Of a stretch of DNA of 64,000 nucleotides, positions 42,124 through 51,487 are shown one piece after another (the first letter of the stretch is position 1; every line of letters starts with the position of its first letter). The notes under the pieces were generated by a model. That model worked only from the letters and a program-made list of their open reading frames with translations, was not told the origin of the DNA and ran no database searches. Both the position numbers and the translations under genes were made by a program. Source of the stretch: an uncultured delta proteobacterium (GTDB taxonomy: Bacteria > Desulfobacterota > RBG-13-43-22); NCBI GenBank assembly GCA_963790475.1, contig CAWBOS010000015.1:64001-128000 (forward strand). The letters are read 5' to 3'.

Positions 42124-42972
42124 TCATATCAGCAGGGAAGTCACAATATAGTCCGCGACCAAAATAAGAACACAGGAGAGCACGACGGCCGAGGTGGTGG
42201 ACAGGCCGACGGCCTTGGCCCCACGGCTATCCGCTCGCAGGTGCGCGAAATAACCTTGATAACAGCAGACCGTGGAGACGATCACCGCAAAAACAATAGC
42301 CTTGATGAATCCATCGGTAACATCTTTCATCTCCGTGCTGGCCTGAACGCGATGGAGATAGGTGCCCGCATTCGCACCCAGGAGCAATACCCCTGAGAAG
42401 TAGCCGCCGATAATGCCGACGAGGTCAAACAGGGCGGTGAGCAGGGGAAAGCTGATGATGGAGGCCGTGATTCTTGGACTGACGAGGTATTTGAGCGGAT
42501 CAATGCTCATGGTGTCCAGGGCATCAATCTGCTCGGAAATACGTAGGATGCCAATCTCTGCGGAGATCGCTGAGCCGGCCCTGGCCGCAATCATGATGGC
42601 GGTAAGAACGGGCCCCATTTCCCTGATTAGCGATAGAGTCACCAGGGTGCCAAGCGCCCCTTCCGCACCGACTTTAACCAGGGCATGGTAGGATTGGAGA
42701 CCCAAGACCATGCCGGTGAACAGGCCGACGAGCATGATGATCATCGTCGACCTGGCCCCGATATAATAAATCTGTTGAAGGATCTTGGGCAGTTGCTTGG
42801 CTCGAAAGGTCATCAGCAAGGCCAGAAAGAGAAAAATCAAGGCGGCGCCCAAATGGTTGACCCAACCGATCGCTCCCCTCCCGATGACCGCGAACGGCCC
42901 GGTTAATAAAGTACTGGGCGACTTCTCTCCAAGGTCTTCAGACAGGCTCGGTTGGGTTCCATTCATCGTCAT
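42124..42972 (-). CDS. mlaE: MlaE permease
   Basis: REMGPVLTA...ARAGS..SAEIG, EQIDAL, VGLSTTSAVV. Confidence 0.95.
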   Translation of the reverse strand: MTMNGTQPSLSEDLGEKSPSTLLTGPFAVIGRGAIGWVNHLGAALIFLFLALLMTFRAKQLPKILQQIYYIGARSTMIIMLVGLFTGMVLGLQSYHALVKVGAEGALGTLVTLSLIREMGPVLTAIMIAARAGSAISAEIGILRISEQIDALDTMSIDPLKYLVSPRITASIISFPLLTALFDLVGIIGGYFSGVLLLGANAGTYLHRVQASTEMKDVTDGFIKAIVFAVIVSTVCCYQGYFAHLRADSRGAKAVGLSTTSAVVLSCVLILVADYIVTSLLI

Positions 42973-43227
42973 GATTTTATAGAAAAATTTATATTTTATT
43001 AAAAAAGAATAAAATAAACCCTCGCAAAAGTCAATAAAGTCAAAAGGGTATTTTTTAAGAAAAATATCAGTATTGTTTAGGAAAAATAAGGAAGACCATC
43101 AGATAATTAGATGACATTTTGACCTATCGGTCGATTTTATTACTTTGGTTTAAGTTGTTATCTTTTTCTGGAATCCGGGGTCAGGATCTGCTGATTCCCA
43201 AACCTTAAAATCTATCCTAAAAGTGAA

Positions 43228-44190
43228 ATGGCCCCCCGAAATCAGTGTTTGACTTTTATTCGGGCTTTTGATATGTCATTTTTGACATATAAAACCAATA
43301 ATGGATCGCAATCCTATCTATCCGAGATTCACATAGTTACAGACACAACCCCTAAATTAGAAGGAATACCCGTGGAACATCAGGAAATATTAATGGATTC
43401 ATGGAGAAAGATCAAGGTTAAGAATGATCTCATTTTGCATTTCAATTACCTATTAAATAAGCGATCAAATTATTACTCTCTCAATGAAAGCGCCCTGGAG
43501 GATCTCATAGAACAATTGGATCATCTGGTCTATGTCAAAGATATTTCCTATTGGTTGACCCTGGCCCGTATCAATGAACTGGCCCTCCTCTGTACTGAAA
43601 ATTATGCCAATAACGGTGAATTGGCCCTGGTGGGAGACCTTCTGTTCAACCCAAGATTGATCCTGCTTCATATCCGAGGGGAGAATCGGCCAGTGGCCAA
43701 GAAACGCCACCCTCTCTTAACCGAACAATTCCGATTTGCCGGGGAAACCGTTCAAGACGTTATTGAATGGCTGAAAACGGAAACCTGTTTGGAAATTAAG
43801 AAGGAGGCCTTGCTGCCCTACCTTCACCAGAGGTTGGAAAAATCGGGCTATTTCAGAAAAGAATATTTCGAGTCGGTGACCCGACGAAAGATAAAGATTG
43901 CCGAATTAACCGGATTCATTTCCGGTATCGTGCCATCCGAAAGTTCCGATTTTTACCAATGGCTTCAAAAGGCCGGCCCCTCGGACCGGGAATTGCTAAA
44001 ATCCAAACTCTGTCCCTGTAATCGTGATTTCTATTTCGAATTGGGCAGCAGGGTGATGAACATTGCCCAGGGTCCTTTGTTGCCCACCGGGTTTCAACAT
44101 CACGAATCCGCCGAAACCAATGGAGGAATGATCTATGTCGAAAGTGTCCCTGAGTATCAATGGACGATCCGTACAAACGGAATCGGGTAA
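43228..44190 (+). CDS. Hypothetical protein (true start probably near 43372-43393)
   Basis: Long open frame, no family recognised. Its first codons overlap a -35 box and palindromic operator, so the start is likely downstream. Confidence 0.6.
   Translation: MAPRNQCLTFIRAFDMSFLTYKTNNGSQSYLSEIHIVTDTTPKLEGIPVEHQEILMDSWRKIKVKNDLILHFNYLLNKRSNYYSLNESALEDLIEQLDHLVYVKDISYWLTLARINELALLCTENYANNGELALVGDLLFNPRLILLHIRGENRPVAKKRHPLLTEQFRFAGETVQDVIEWLKTETCLEIKKEALLPYLHQRLEKSGYFRKEYFESVTRRKIKIAELTGFISGIVPSESSDFYQWLQKAGPSDRELLKSKLCPCNRDFYFELGSRVMNIAQGPLLPTGFQHHESAETNGGMIYVESVPEYQWTIRTNGIG
43271..43290. promoter_or_regulatory. Palindromic operator ATATGTCA-TTTT-TGACATAT
   Basis: Perfect 8-bp arms; the 18-bp core is identical to 51440-51457; TTGACT at 43249. 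Confidence 0.75.
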
Positions 44191-45199
44191 CAGCATCTTA
44201 CAAGCCGCGACTGAGGAAGGGATTTTCATCCCGACCCTGTGTCAACATCCCTTGTTGAAACCGGAGGAGGCCTGCCGGATCTGCGTTGTGGAAGAGGCTT
44301 TTGCCGGCGGGCAATTCGGTATCAAAGCGGCTATTACTAGCGAGGCCGTCACGGCCGCCGCTGCCCTATATTTTAAACGCCCCATTCGATATATACCCAG
44401 TTTGGAAGAATCGATTCTGACCACTTCAAAAAGACACCCCTATCAGATGAAGGTAAAGCTTGGGGCAGATGAAAAAGGACGCCTTACAGTCTATTGCAAT
44501 GACTTTTTGGTTGATAAAGGCGCCTATGCCATATTGGGTCCGGTAGTTGTCTTTCGTTCCCTGTCAATGTTTTCCGGTTCCTATTATATCCCCAATATTT
44601 CAGCCCTGGAGAAAATGGTTTATACCAACAGCAGGTTCGGCGGGGCTGCCCGGGGGGCGGGACCGCCGCAAACTATCTTTGCCCTGGAAGCAGCCATGGA
44701 CATGCTGGCCGAAAAAATTGAGATGGACCCACTGGAATTCAGGCGAATCAATTCACTCCAGCCGGGTCAGGCCAAATCCACGGGTATGGTCGTCGAAGAA
44801 TGGTCCTTTCCCCGGCTTTGTGAGGCCATCAAGCCCTACTACGATAAAGCCTTGAAAGATACGGCGGCTTCCAATCTTCAAGGCGGTCCTTTAAAAAGAG
44901 GGATTGAAATTGCGGCCTCTTCATTCGGCATCGGCGGGGCGGGTGACCGGGCCAAATTGGCCCTGGAGGTTGATCCGGATGACGGCATCACGATTTATGC
45001 CCCCGTGGCCGACCCGGGTGAGGGTAATGAATCCAGGCTGACTCAAATTGCCGCCGATCAACTGGGTCTGCCCTTAGAAAAGGTACGCCTGCAGACCAGG
45101 GATACCGAAAACACTGAGGCCATGGGTCCGTCAGCCGGAAGCCGGATGACCTGGATGGCCGGGGGCTCTCTCTTGTCTTTTGTGTCCATTCCTATTTGA
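44135..45199 (+). pseudogene. Chimeric ORF: NuoG-type 2Fe-2S N-terminus fused to an internal fragment of a xanthine dehydrogenase/aldehyde oxidoreductase molybdopterin subunit
   Basis: SILQAA..GIFIPTLC.H......CRICVVE is followed at once by AFAGGQFG, KRHPY, GGAARGAGPPQ, DPLEFRRIN, GEGNESRL.QIAA, GPSAGSR, then stops prematurely. Confidence 0.85.
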
Positions 45200-45357
45200 A
45201 CAAGGCCTTCGGGCAGGGCTGGACGAAACCCCGTCTGCCGACGGAACATCGGATGGTCTATCGTCTGTCCCTTTATTTCTATAACACCATCGAAGAGTGC
45301 CATATATTTCTGGAGACCTTACAGGAAATATTTGAGGAACGGAGCTATCTGGTTTAA
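45178..45357 (+). pseudogene. C-terminal remnant of a cysteine desulfurase (class V aminotransferase, SufS-like)
   Basis: Manual translation FCVHSYLNKAFGQGWTKPRLPTEHRMVYRLSLYFYNTIEECHIFLETLQEIF matches the catalytic-Cys loop and RxSxxxYNT tail; ends 8 nt before the NifU-like gene. Confidence 0.75.
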
Positions 45358-45365
45358 AGAATAAA

Positions 45366-45749
45366 ATGGACCAGGCCGTCATTAAATATTATCGCAACCT
45401 GTTGAAAACCGGTTTTAAGCAGGCCGGTTCGCTGGAAAATCCTTCCCTCTTCCTGGATACGGTCAATGAAAACATACCCATCTGCGGGAATATCGGCGAT
45501 TATTTGCATCTATACGTTCATATTCTGGATGGTGTAATTGACGACATCAAATATTTATGCACCTGTGACCCTACGACCAATGTGGCCGTGGAGATTTTCT
45601 GTATTTTAGTTAAGGGTAAAATCATTAAGGAACTAAAAACCATCACCAAAGAATTATTTTTCGAGGTGTTGGAACGAAGCGAAGAATTAGGTAAAAAAGC
45701 GGAAGGTCTGATAGAGCTTTTAAACAGAGGGCTGGCCCGATTTCCTTAA
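45366..45749 (+). CDS. NifU-N/IscU/SufU-like scaffold protein
   Basis: IKYYRN....GSLEN, ICGNIGD.L.LY, IKYLCTCDP, LVKGK. Confidence 0.78.
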   Translation: MDQAVIKYYRNLLKTGFKQAGSLENPSLFLDTVNENIPICGNIGDYLHLYVHILDGVIDDIKYLCTCDPTTNVAVEIFCILVKGKIIKELKTITKELFFEVLERSEELGKKAEGLIELLNRGLARFP

Positions 45750-45867
45750 AAATCTTTATTACATCAAAATTTGAGCAAACGCCTTAAACAAATCAGGGAA
45801 ATTGAAATCGTAGTTAAGACAATTTTTCGCAATATCTTAGTTATCTTTCCATGAGGAGAACAGGGCG

Positions 45868-46209
45868 ATGTCTTTTGTCAAGCTGGCCCCGGAGGCGAAA
45901 AGAGCTATTGAAACTTTCTTAGAAGAAAAAGGACTCAAAGACCCCATACGCATCGACATACAGTCCACCGGCTGTTGCGACCCATCTTTGGGCCTTTTTC
46001 TGGATCAGCGGCGCCAGGCTGATCTGGTCGAGGAGTCGGATGGACTGCAGTTCCTGATCAGTCCCGATGTTCACCAGACCGTCGGCGAGGTGACCATTGC
46101 CTTTGCAGATGATAGGGATAAAAAGGGGTTTGTGATCACATCGAGCAAACCTTTGAGTGAATGGGAGGGATTCGGGGTCTGCGAAATTCAATTCGCGGAT
46201 AAGCAATAA
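45868..46209 (+). CDS. HesB/IscA-like protein
   Basis: PIRID..STGCCDPSLGLFLD....D, GFVITS, C-terminal Cys. Confidence 0.82.
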   Translation: MSFVKLAPEAKRAIETFLEEKGLKDPIRIDIQSTGCCDPSLGLFLDQRRQADLVEESDGLQFLISPDVHQTVGEVTIAFADDRDKKGFVITSSKPLSEWEGFGVCEIQFADKQ

Positions 46210-46253
46210 GGGATAACAACTGAACTAAAATCATTAAACAAGGAGGTTCCAGT

Positions 46254-48914
46254 ATGGATCAGTACAAGCTTTTTATTGATGGTGAGTTTGTTGATGCCCA
46301 GGACGGCAGAACTTTTGAATCGATCGATCCGGGAAACGAGACGCCGATAGCCACAGTGGCCCAGGCCGGAAAAGCCGATGCCGAGGCGGCCATTGCCGCG
46401 GCCAGGCGCGCTTTCGATCAGGGGGAGTGGCCGCGCCTGATGCCGGCGGCCAGGGCGGACCGCTGTTATGATTTTGCCGATCAGATCACCCAACAAAACC
46501 TGCGTCTGGCCCTCACTGAATCCATGGATTCCGGCCAGGTTATCGGACTGGCCAAGTATTGGGGCATGCTTGGGTCAGGAATACTGCGCAATCTGGCCTA
46601 CTATGCCGCCAACGGATTCCCCTGGGAAGAAGAGATTCCCTTCTCCGGCAACGTCTTCGGCCCCGGCCGTGATTTCATCCGCCGGGAACCCATTGGGGTT
46701 TGCGTCGGCATCATCCCCTGGAATTTCCCTTCGAGCATGGCTTTCTGGAAGATTGCTCAGGCCATCATCATGGGGAACTCTATTGTCTTGAAACCGGCCT
46801 CCTATACGCCGCTGACCGCTCTCATCATCGCCGAGGCCGCCAAGGCGGCGGGCATTCCCAAGGGGGTCATTAATGTCCTCCCCGGAGCGGGCGGGGAGCT
46901 GGGAAGAATACTCTGCACCCATCCGGACGTGGACAAGATCGCCTTCACCGGCAGCACCGAGGTCGGGCGGGAGATCATGAGGATGGCCTCCGACACGGTT
47001 AAGAAAGTGACCCTGGAGTTGGGGGGCAAATCGGCCAATATCATCCTGGACGATGCCGATATGAATTTTGCGGTGGAAGGGGCCGCTTTCGGGACTTTTT
47101 TCCATCAGGGCCAGATCTGCGAATCGGGAACCCGTGTACTGGTCCCGGCCAAAATCTACGATGAGTTCATCGACAAACTGAAAAAGCGTGCCGAGGCTCT
47201 CCGGGTCGGTTATCAATTGCTGCCTAACACCCACCTGGGCCCCTTAGTCAGCGCCCAGCAACTGGCCACGGTTGATCGGTATGTCCAGATCGGAAAACAA
47301 GAGGGGGCTGAGCTCATCACCGGCGGCAAGCGCGTCGAGGCCGAAGGCATCCAGGGCGGCTTCTACTATGCCCCCACCATCTTTACCAAGGTGAACAACA
47401 AGATGCGCATCGCCCAGGAAGAAATCTTCGGCCCTGTAGTCTGCGTCATCAAATACGACAGCGATGAAGAGGCCGTGGCTATTGCCAACGATTCCATATA
47501 CGGGTTGGGGGGCAGCGTTTTTTCCAGCAGCACGGCGCGGGCCGAGCGAATCGCCAGGCAGGTTCGCACCGGTACCATGTGGATCAACAATTATCATTCC
47601 TTCGGCGATTTCTGCCCCTTCGGCGGCTACAAACAGTCCGGTGTCGGCCGGGAGCTGGGCCATAGCGGATTGGCTGAATACACGCAGATTAAAAGATATC
47701 ATGTGAGTGCCTTCGCCGCTGCCGAAAGCAATTTCAGCATGGCCATCCTTAACGATGAGGCGAAGATCAATGTTTTGCAATATAACTGTCCTACCAACAT
47801 CATCGGCGGGCATGGATGCCTTTCCGTCATCTACAAGGCGATTGTCGACCTGGGGTGCAGGCGGGCGCTGATCCTCAGCGATCCCGGGGTCCGGCAGGCC
47901 GGACTGGTCCAACTGGTTCAGGACGCTCTGGTTGATTTCTGTGTCGGCGTCTTCGACGACATCGCCCAGGACACGGACTTGGATATCGTGGATGCCGCCG
48001 TGGCTAAGGCCCGGGACCTCAAAGCCGATTGCATCGTCAGCGTCGGCGGCGGGAGCGTCATTGATACGGGGAAAGCGGTTTGCGTCACCCTGAAAAACGG
48101 CGGAAAGGCCAACGATCATATCGCCATGCAGCGTTTACAAGAAGCCCAGACGCCCCATATCGTCATTCCCACTACCTCGGGCACCGGAAGCGAAGTGACC
48201 AATGTGGCCGTCATCAAAAGCAAGATGGCGGGAAGAAAGGTTTATATCATCGATATCCATATCGTGCCCAATGTGGCCATTCTGGATCCTCGCTTTACCA
48301 TGACCTTGCCCCCCGGATTGACGGTGACCACGGCCATGGACGCCATGACCCACGCCGTCGAGGCCCTGACCAGCACCATGGCCCAGCCTATCTGCGACGG
48401 CCAGGCTATGCAGGCCATCCGTTTAATAACCAAATACCTGCCTATGGTTGTCGCTGACCCGAAAGATGAAGCAGCCCGCAACAACCTGCAGATTGCCGCC
48501 ACTATGGCCGGGTGGGCCTTCAGCATCGCCCAGGTTGGCCTGGCCCATGCCATGGCCCATACGGTCGGCATCCTGCACAATGTTCCTCACGGGGCGGCTT
48601 GCGGTATTGTGCTGCCCAAAGTCATGCGCTTCAATGTCGATTTTGCCGCTGACAAGTTGGCCATGGTCGCTCAAGCCATGGGCGTCAACACCACGGGTCT
48701 GGACAATCGTCAAGCAGCTCTGGCGGCGGCCGAGGCCATAGAAACCCTCATGAAAAAAAGCGGGCATCCCCTTCAGCTTCGTAGCGTAGGAGTTCCTGAA
48801 GAAAATCTTGCCATTTGCGCCTTCCACGCCATGGGAGACGCGGCGTCGCTGTTCAATGCGCGGCCGGTCACCGATCCGCAGGAGGTGCTGAATCTCTATC
48901 AGGAGGCCTATTGA
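46254..48914 (+). CDS. Aldehyde dehydrogenase - iron-containing alcohol dehydrogenase fusion
   Basis: ALDH: PWNFP, FTGSTEVG, LELGGKS, QGQIC, EEIFGPV, PFGGYKQSG. Fe-ADH: GGGSVID.GK, PTTSGTGSE, DAMTHAVE, HAMAH, PHG. Confidence 0.93.
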   Translation: MDQYKLFIDGEFVDAQDGRTFESIDPGNETPIATVAQAGKADAEAAIAAARRAFDQGEWPRLMPAARADRCYDFADQITQQNLRLALTESMDSGQVIGLAKYWGMLGSGILRNLAYYAANGFPWEEEIPFSGNVFGPGRDFIRREPIGVCVGIIPWNFPSSMAFWKIAQAIIMGNSIVLKPASYTPLTALIIAEAAKAAGIPKGVINVLPGAGGELGRILCTHPDVDKIAFTGSTEVGREIMRMASDTVKKVTLELGGKSANIILDDADMNFAVEGAAFGTFFHQGQICESGTRVLVPAKIYDEFIDKLKKRAEALRVGYQLLPNTHLGPLVSAQQLATVDRYVQIGKQEGAELITGGKRVEAEGIQGGFYYAPTIFTKVNNKMRIAQEEIFGPVVCVIKYDSDEEAVAIANDSIYGLGGSVFSSSTARAERIARQVRTGTMWINNYHSFGDFCPFGGYKQSGVGRELGHSGLAEYTQIKRYHVSAFAAAESNFSMAILNDEAKINVLQYNCPTNIIGGHGCLSVIYKAIVDLGCRRALILSDPGVRQAGLVQLVQDALVDFCVGVFDDIAQDTDLDIVDAAVAKARDLKADCIVSVGGGSVIDTGKAVCVTLKNGGKANDHIAMQRLQEAQTPHIVIPTTSGTGSEVTNVAVIKSKMAGRKVYIIDIHIVPNVAILDPRFTMTLPPGLTVTTAMDAMTHAVEALTSTMAQPICDGQAMQAIRLITKYLPMVVADPKDEAARNNLQIAATMAGWAFSIAQVGLAHAMAHTVGILHNVPHGAACGIVLPKVMRFNVDFAADKLAMVAQAMGVNTTGLDNRQAALAAAEAIETLMKKSGHPLQLRSVGVPEENLAICAFHAMGDAASLFNARPVTDPQEVLNLYQEAY

Positions 48915-48989
48915 TAAAAATGATTCGAAACCATTTGGAAATCAAGATTAAGAGCCGGATACTCTGAGAAAATTTTTCTCTCTCATCCC

Positions 48990-49036
48990 GGTATCAAGGA
49001 GGGTTTCTCATTCAATGTGCAGCCCTCCTTGGTACC
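48990..49036. terminator. Long hairpin downstream of ALDH-ADH
   Basis: GGTATCAAGGAGGGTT pairs with AGCCCTCCTTGGTACC; no clear U-tract on the + strand. Confidence 0.5.
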
Positions 49037-49197
49037 AAAAGATGTCCCTTTTCACGTACACCATCAATTCTTTTCTGGAATAATCCGACCAAACTCCCTA
49101 ACCTTTAGGCAATCAGAATCTTTTCTTGATAATTATGTTTTTTTTTAGCATATAGGCAAAAAAGAGGTTATAAACAAAAATGATAAGAGGAAAAATC

Positions 49198-50019
49198 ATG
49201 CCACTTCCAAGTCAACCCAAAAACCTCATGACTATGAAATTATTTTCCGTTTTCTTTTTACTCTTTCTAACCGGTTTTCTTTTTCTCCCCGCCCTTCAAT
49301 CGGCTGCCGGAGAAGAGCTGACCGTTTCAGCGGCTATCAGCTTAAAGAATACATTTGAGGACCTAGGCAGGCATTTTGAAAAATCCCATCCGGGAATCAA
49401 GGTGCTTTTTAACTTTGGGGCCTCAGGGGACCTGGCCAGACAGATCGAAGCCGGTGCTCCGGTGGATGTATTTGCCTCCGCAGCCCTCAAAGACATGGAT
49501 GACCTGGATCGACAAGGCCTGATCCGGCCCGGCTCCAAAACGGATTTTGCCGGAAATACTTTGGTATTGACCGTCCCGAACCGCTCACCCATTCCGGTCA
49601 AGTCCTTCCAGGACCTCCGGGACAGCCACATTCAAAGGATAGCCATAGGGAATCCCAAAACCGTCCCGGCAGGAAGATATGCCCAGGAGGTATTGACCAG
49701 ACTTCAGCTCTGGGAGATGCTGAAAAGCAAATTAATCCTGGCTGAAAATGTAAGACAGGTATTGGATTATGTGGCCCGGGGGGAAGTCGATGCCGGGTTG
49801 GTCTATTCTACGGACGCCCGCACCCGGGTTAATGAAGTGAAAACAATTTCCATCGCCCCGGAAGAAAGCCATCAACCGATCCTTTATCCCATAGGTGTTG
49901 TCCGGGGGACAAAAAAAGAAGCCTTAGCCGCTGAATTTATCGCCCTGGTCTTATCACGGAACGGGAGGAACATTTTACAGCGGTATGGATTTATAATCCC
50001 TGAGGGAAAAAGCAAATAA
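49198..50019 (+). CDS. modA: Molybdate ABC transporter substrate-binding protein
   Basis: VSAAISL, FGASGDLARQIEAGAPVDVF, VPAGRYA, NVRQVL, VYSTDA. Confidence 0.95.
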   Translation: MPLPSQPKNLMTMKLFSVFFLLFLTGFLFLPALQSAAGEELTVSAAISLKNTFEDLGRHFEKSHPGIKVLFNFGASGDLARQIEAGAPVDVFASAALKDMDDLDRQGLIRPGSKTDFAGNTLVLTVPNRSPIPVKSFQDLRDSHIQRIAIGNPKTVPAGRYAQEVLTRLQLWEMLKSKLILAENVRQVLDYVARGEVDAGLVYSTDARTRVNEVKTISIAPEESHQPILYPIGVVRGTKKEALAAEFIALVLSRNGRNILQRYGFIIPEGKSK

Positions 50020-50684
50020 TGGATGAATCGACCTGGTTTTCTGTTCGCCTTTCGTTGCAGGTAGCCCTGACGGCGACGGGTTTTATTCTGATCATTGGGA
50101 TACCTGTCGCCTACTTCCTGGCCAAACGGGATTTTAAAGGAAAAGAGTTGATCGATGTCCTCTTTACCCTTCCCCTGGTCCTGCCGCCAACGGTTACCGG
50201 ATATTATCTGATCATCCTGTTCGGCCGGAGAGGGACCATAGGAAAGTTCCTTTACGAATGGACAGGATGGAGCGTCATGTTTACCTGGTATGGAGCCGCT
50301 CTGGCCTCCTTTGTGGTCGCCCTGCCTTTGATGATTAAAACCTGCCGGGCGGCCATGGAATCGGTGGATCGTAATCTGATCAATGCCTCCTATACCCTGG
50401 GACATTCGGAATGGGAGACCGCTTTGAGAGTCATCCTCCCCCTGGCTAAAAGAGGAATCATCGCCGGAACGGTCCTTTCCTTTGCCCGGGCCATGGGTGA
50501 ATTCGGGGCCACCCTGATGATCGCCGGAAACATCCCCGGAAAAACCAACACCCTGCCCCTTTCCATCTACACCCTGGCCGGAAGCGGAGACTGGTCCAAG
50601 GCCCATATCCTGGTCCTCTTTTTAACCCTTCTGTCCGGATTATTCCTTTATCTGGCCAACCGGTTCAGCAGGAAAACCATCTGA
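50019..50684 (+). CDS. modB: Molybdate ABC transporter permease
   Basis: LPLVLPPTVTGY, FARAMGEFGATLMIAGNIPGKT. Confidence 0.96.
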   Translation: MDESTWFSVRLSLQVALTATGFILIIGIPVAYFLAKRDFKGKELIDVLFTLPLVLPPTVTGYYLIILFGRRGTIGKFLYEWTGWSVMFTWYGAALASFVVALPLMIKTCRAAMESVDRNLINASYTLGHSEWETALRVILPLAKRGIIAGTVLSFARAMGEFGATLMIAGNIPGKTNTLPLSIYTLAGSGDWSKAHILVLFLTLLSGLFLYLANRFSRKTI

Positions 50685-51397
50685 TGGGCTTCTCCCTCAA
50701 ACTTCGCAAGCAGGTCAATGGATTTAAACTCGATGTCGAGTGGGCCATGAAAAATGAGCTGGCCGTTCTTTTTGGATTTTCCGGTGCCGGGAAATCGATG
50801 ACCCTGCAATTGATCGCCGGACTGATCCGACCGGATGAGGGATGGATATATTCGGGAAACAGAACCCTATTCGATAGCCGGTCGGGCATCAATCTCGCCC
50901 CTCAGGCCCGTTCCATTGGCTATGTTTTTCAAAACCTGGCCCTCTTTCCTCACATGACGATCAAGCGAAACATCCTCTATGGGGCCGGGGGAATAAGAAC
51001 TGAAACGAAGGATGAACAGGTACGAAAGATGATGGAAACCTTTCATCTGGTCGGGTTGGAATCCCGCTACCCTTCCGAAATTTCCGGTGGACAACAGCAG
51101 AGAGTGGCCCTGGCTCGGGCACTGATCCGCCGCCCCGATCTCATCCTCCTGGATGAACCCTTCTCCGCCCTGGATAAACCGTTGCGAATGGAAATGCAAA
51201 AATTTCTTAAGGAGGTTCGGCGAGAGTTTAATATCCCCCTGCTCCTGGTAACCCATGATCTTTCAGAGGCCTTATCCCTGGCGGATAAAATCATCGTCTA
51301 CTCCCGGGGCAGGATCGCCCAGATCGGTCCCCCCGAGAATATCGGTCTTAATCCGGTGGATGCAGAAGTAAAGTCGTTATTTTTCAATCCTTCCTAA
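50684..51397 (+). CDS. modC: Molybdate ABC transporter ATPase
   Basis: GFSGAGKS, SGGQQQRVALAR, LLDEPFSALD; follows modB; no TOBE domain. Confidence 0.92.
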   Translation: MGFSLKLRKQVNGFKLDVEWAMKNELAVLFGFSGAGKSMTLQLIAGLIRPDEGWIYSGNRTLFDSRSGINLAPQARSIGYVFQNLALFPHMTIKRNILYGAGGIRTETKDEQVRKMMETFHLVGLESRYPSEISGGQQQRVALARALIRRPDLILLDEPFSALDKPLRMEMQKFLKEVRREFNIPLLLVTHDLSEALSLADKIIVYSRGRIAQIGPPENIGLNPVDAEVKSLFFNPS

Positions 51398-51439
51398 TAG
51401 ACTCCCCTAATCGGCACAATCAGATTTTTTCTTGACTTT

Positions 51440-51457
51440 TATGTCATTTTTGACATA
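51440..51457. promoter_or_regulatory. Palindromic operator TATGTCA-TTTT-TGACATA upstream of porin-tup
   Basis: Lies just downstream of TTGACT (51432); identical to 43272-43289. Confidence 0.78.
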
Positions 51458-51487
51458 GTTGGCAAAAAATCTATGAGGAGGCAGCGG

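Noticed and set aside
46575-48827. Long antisense ORFs, also 49884-50606 and 61091-61813
   Set aside because: Shadow frames of well-supported genes with no recognisable motifs.
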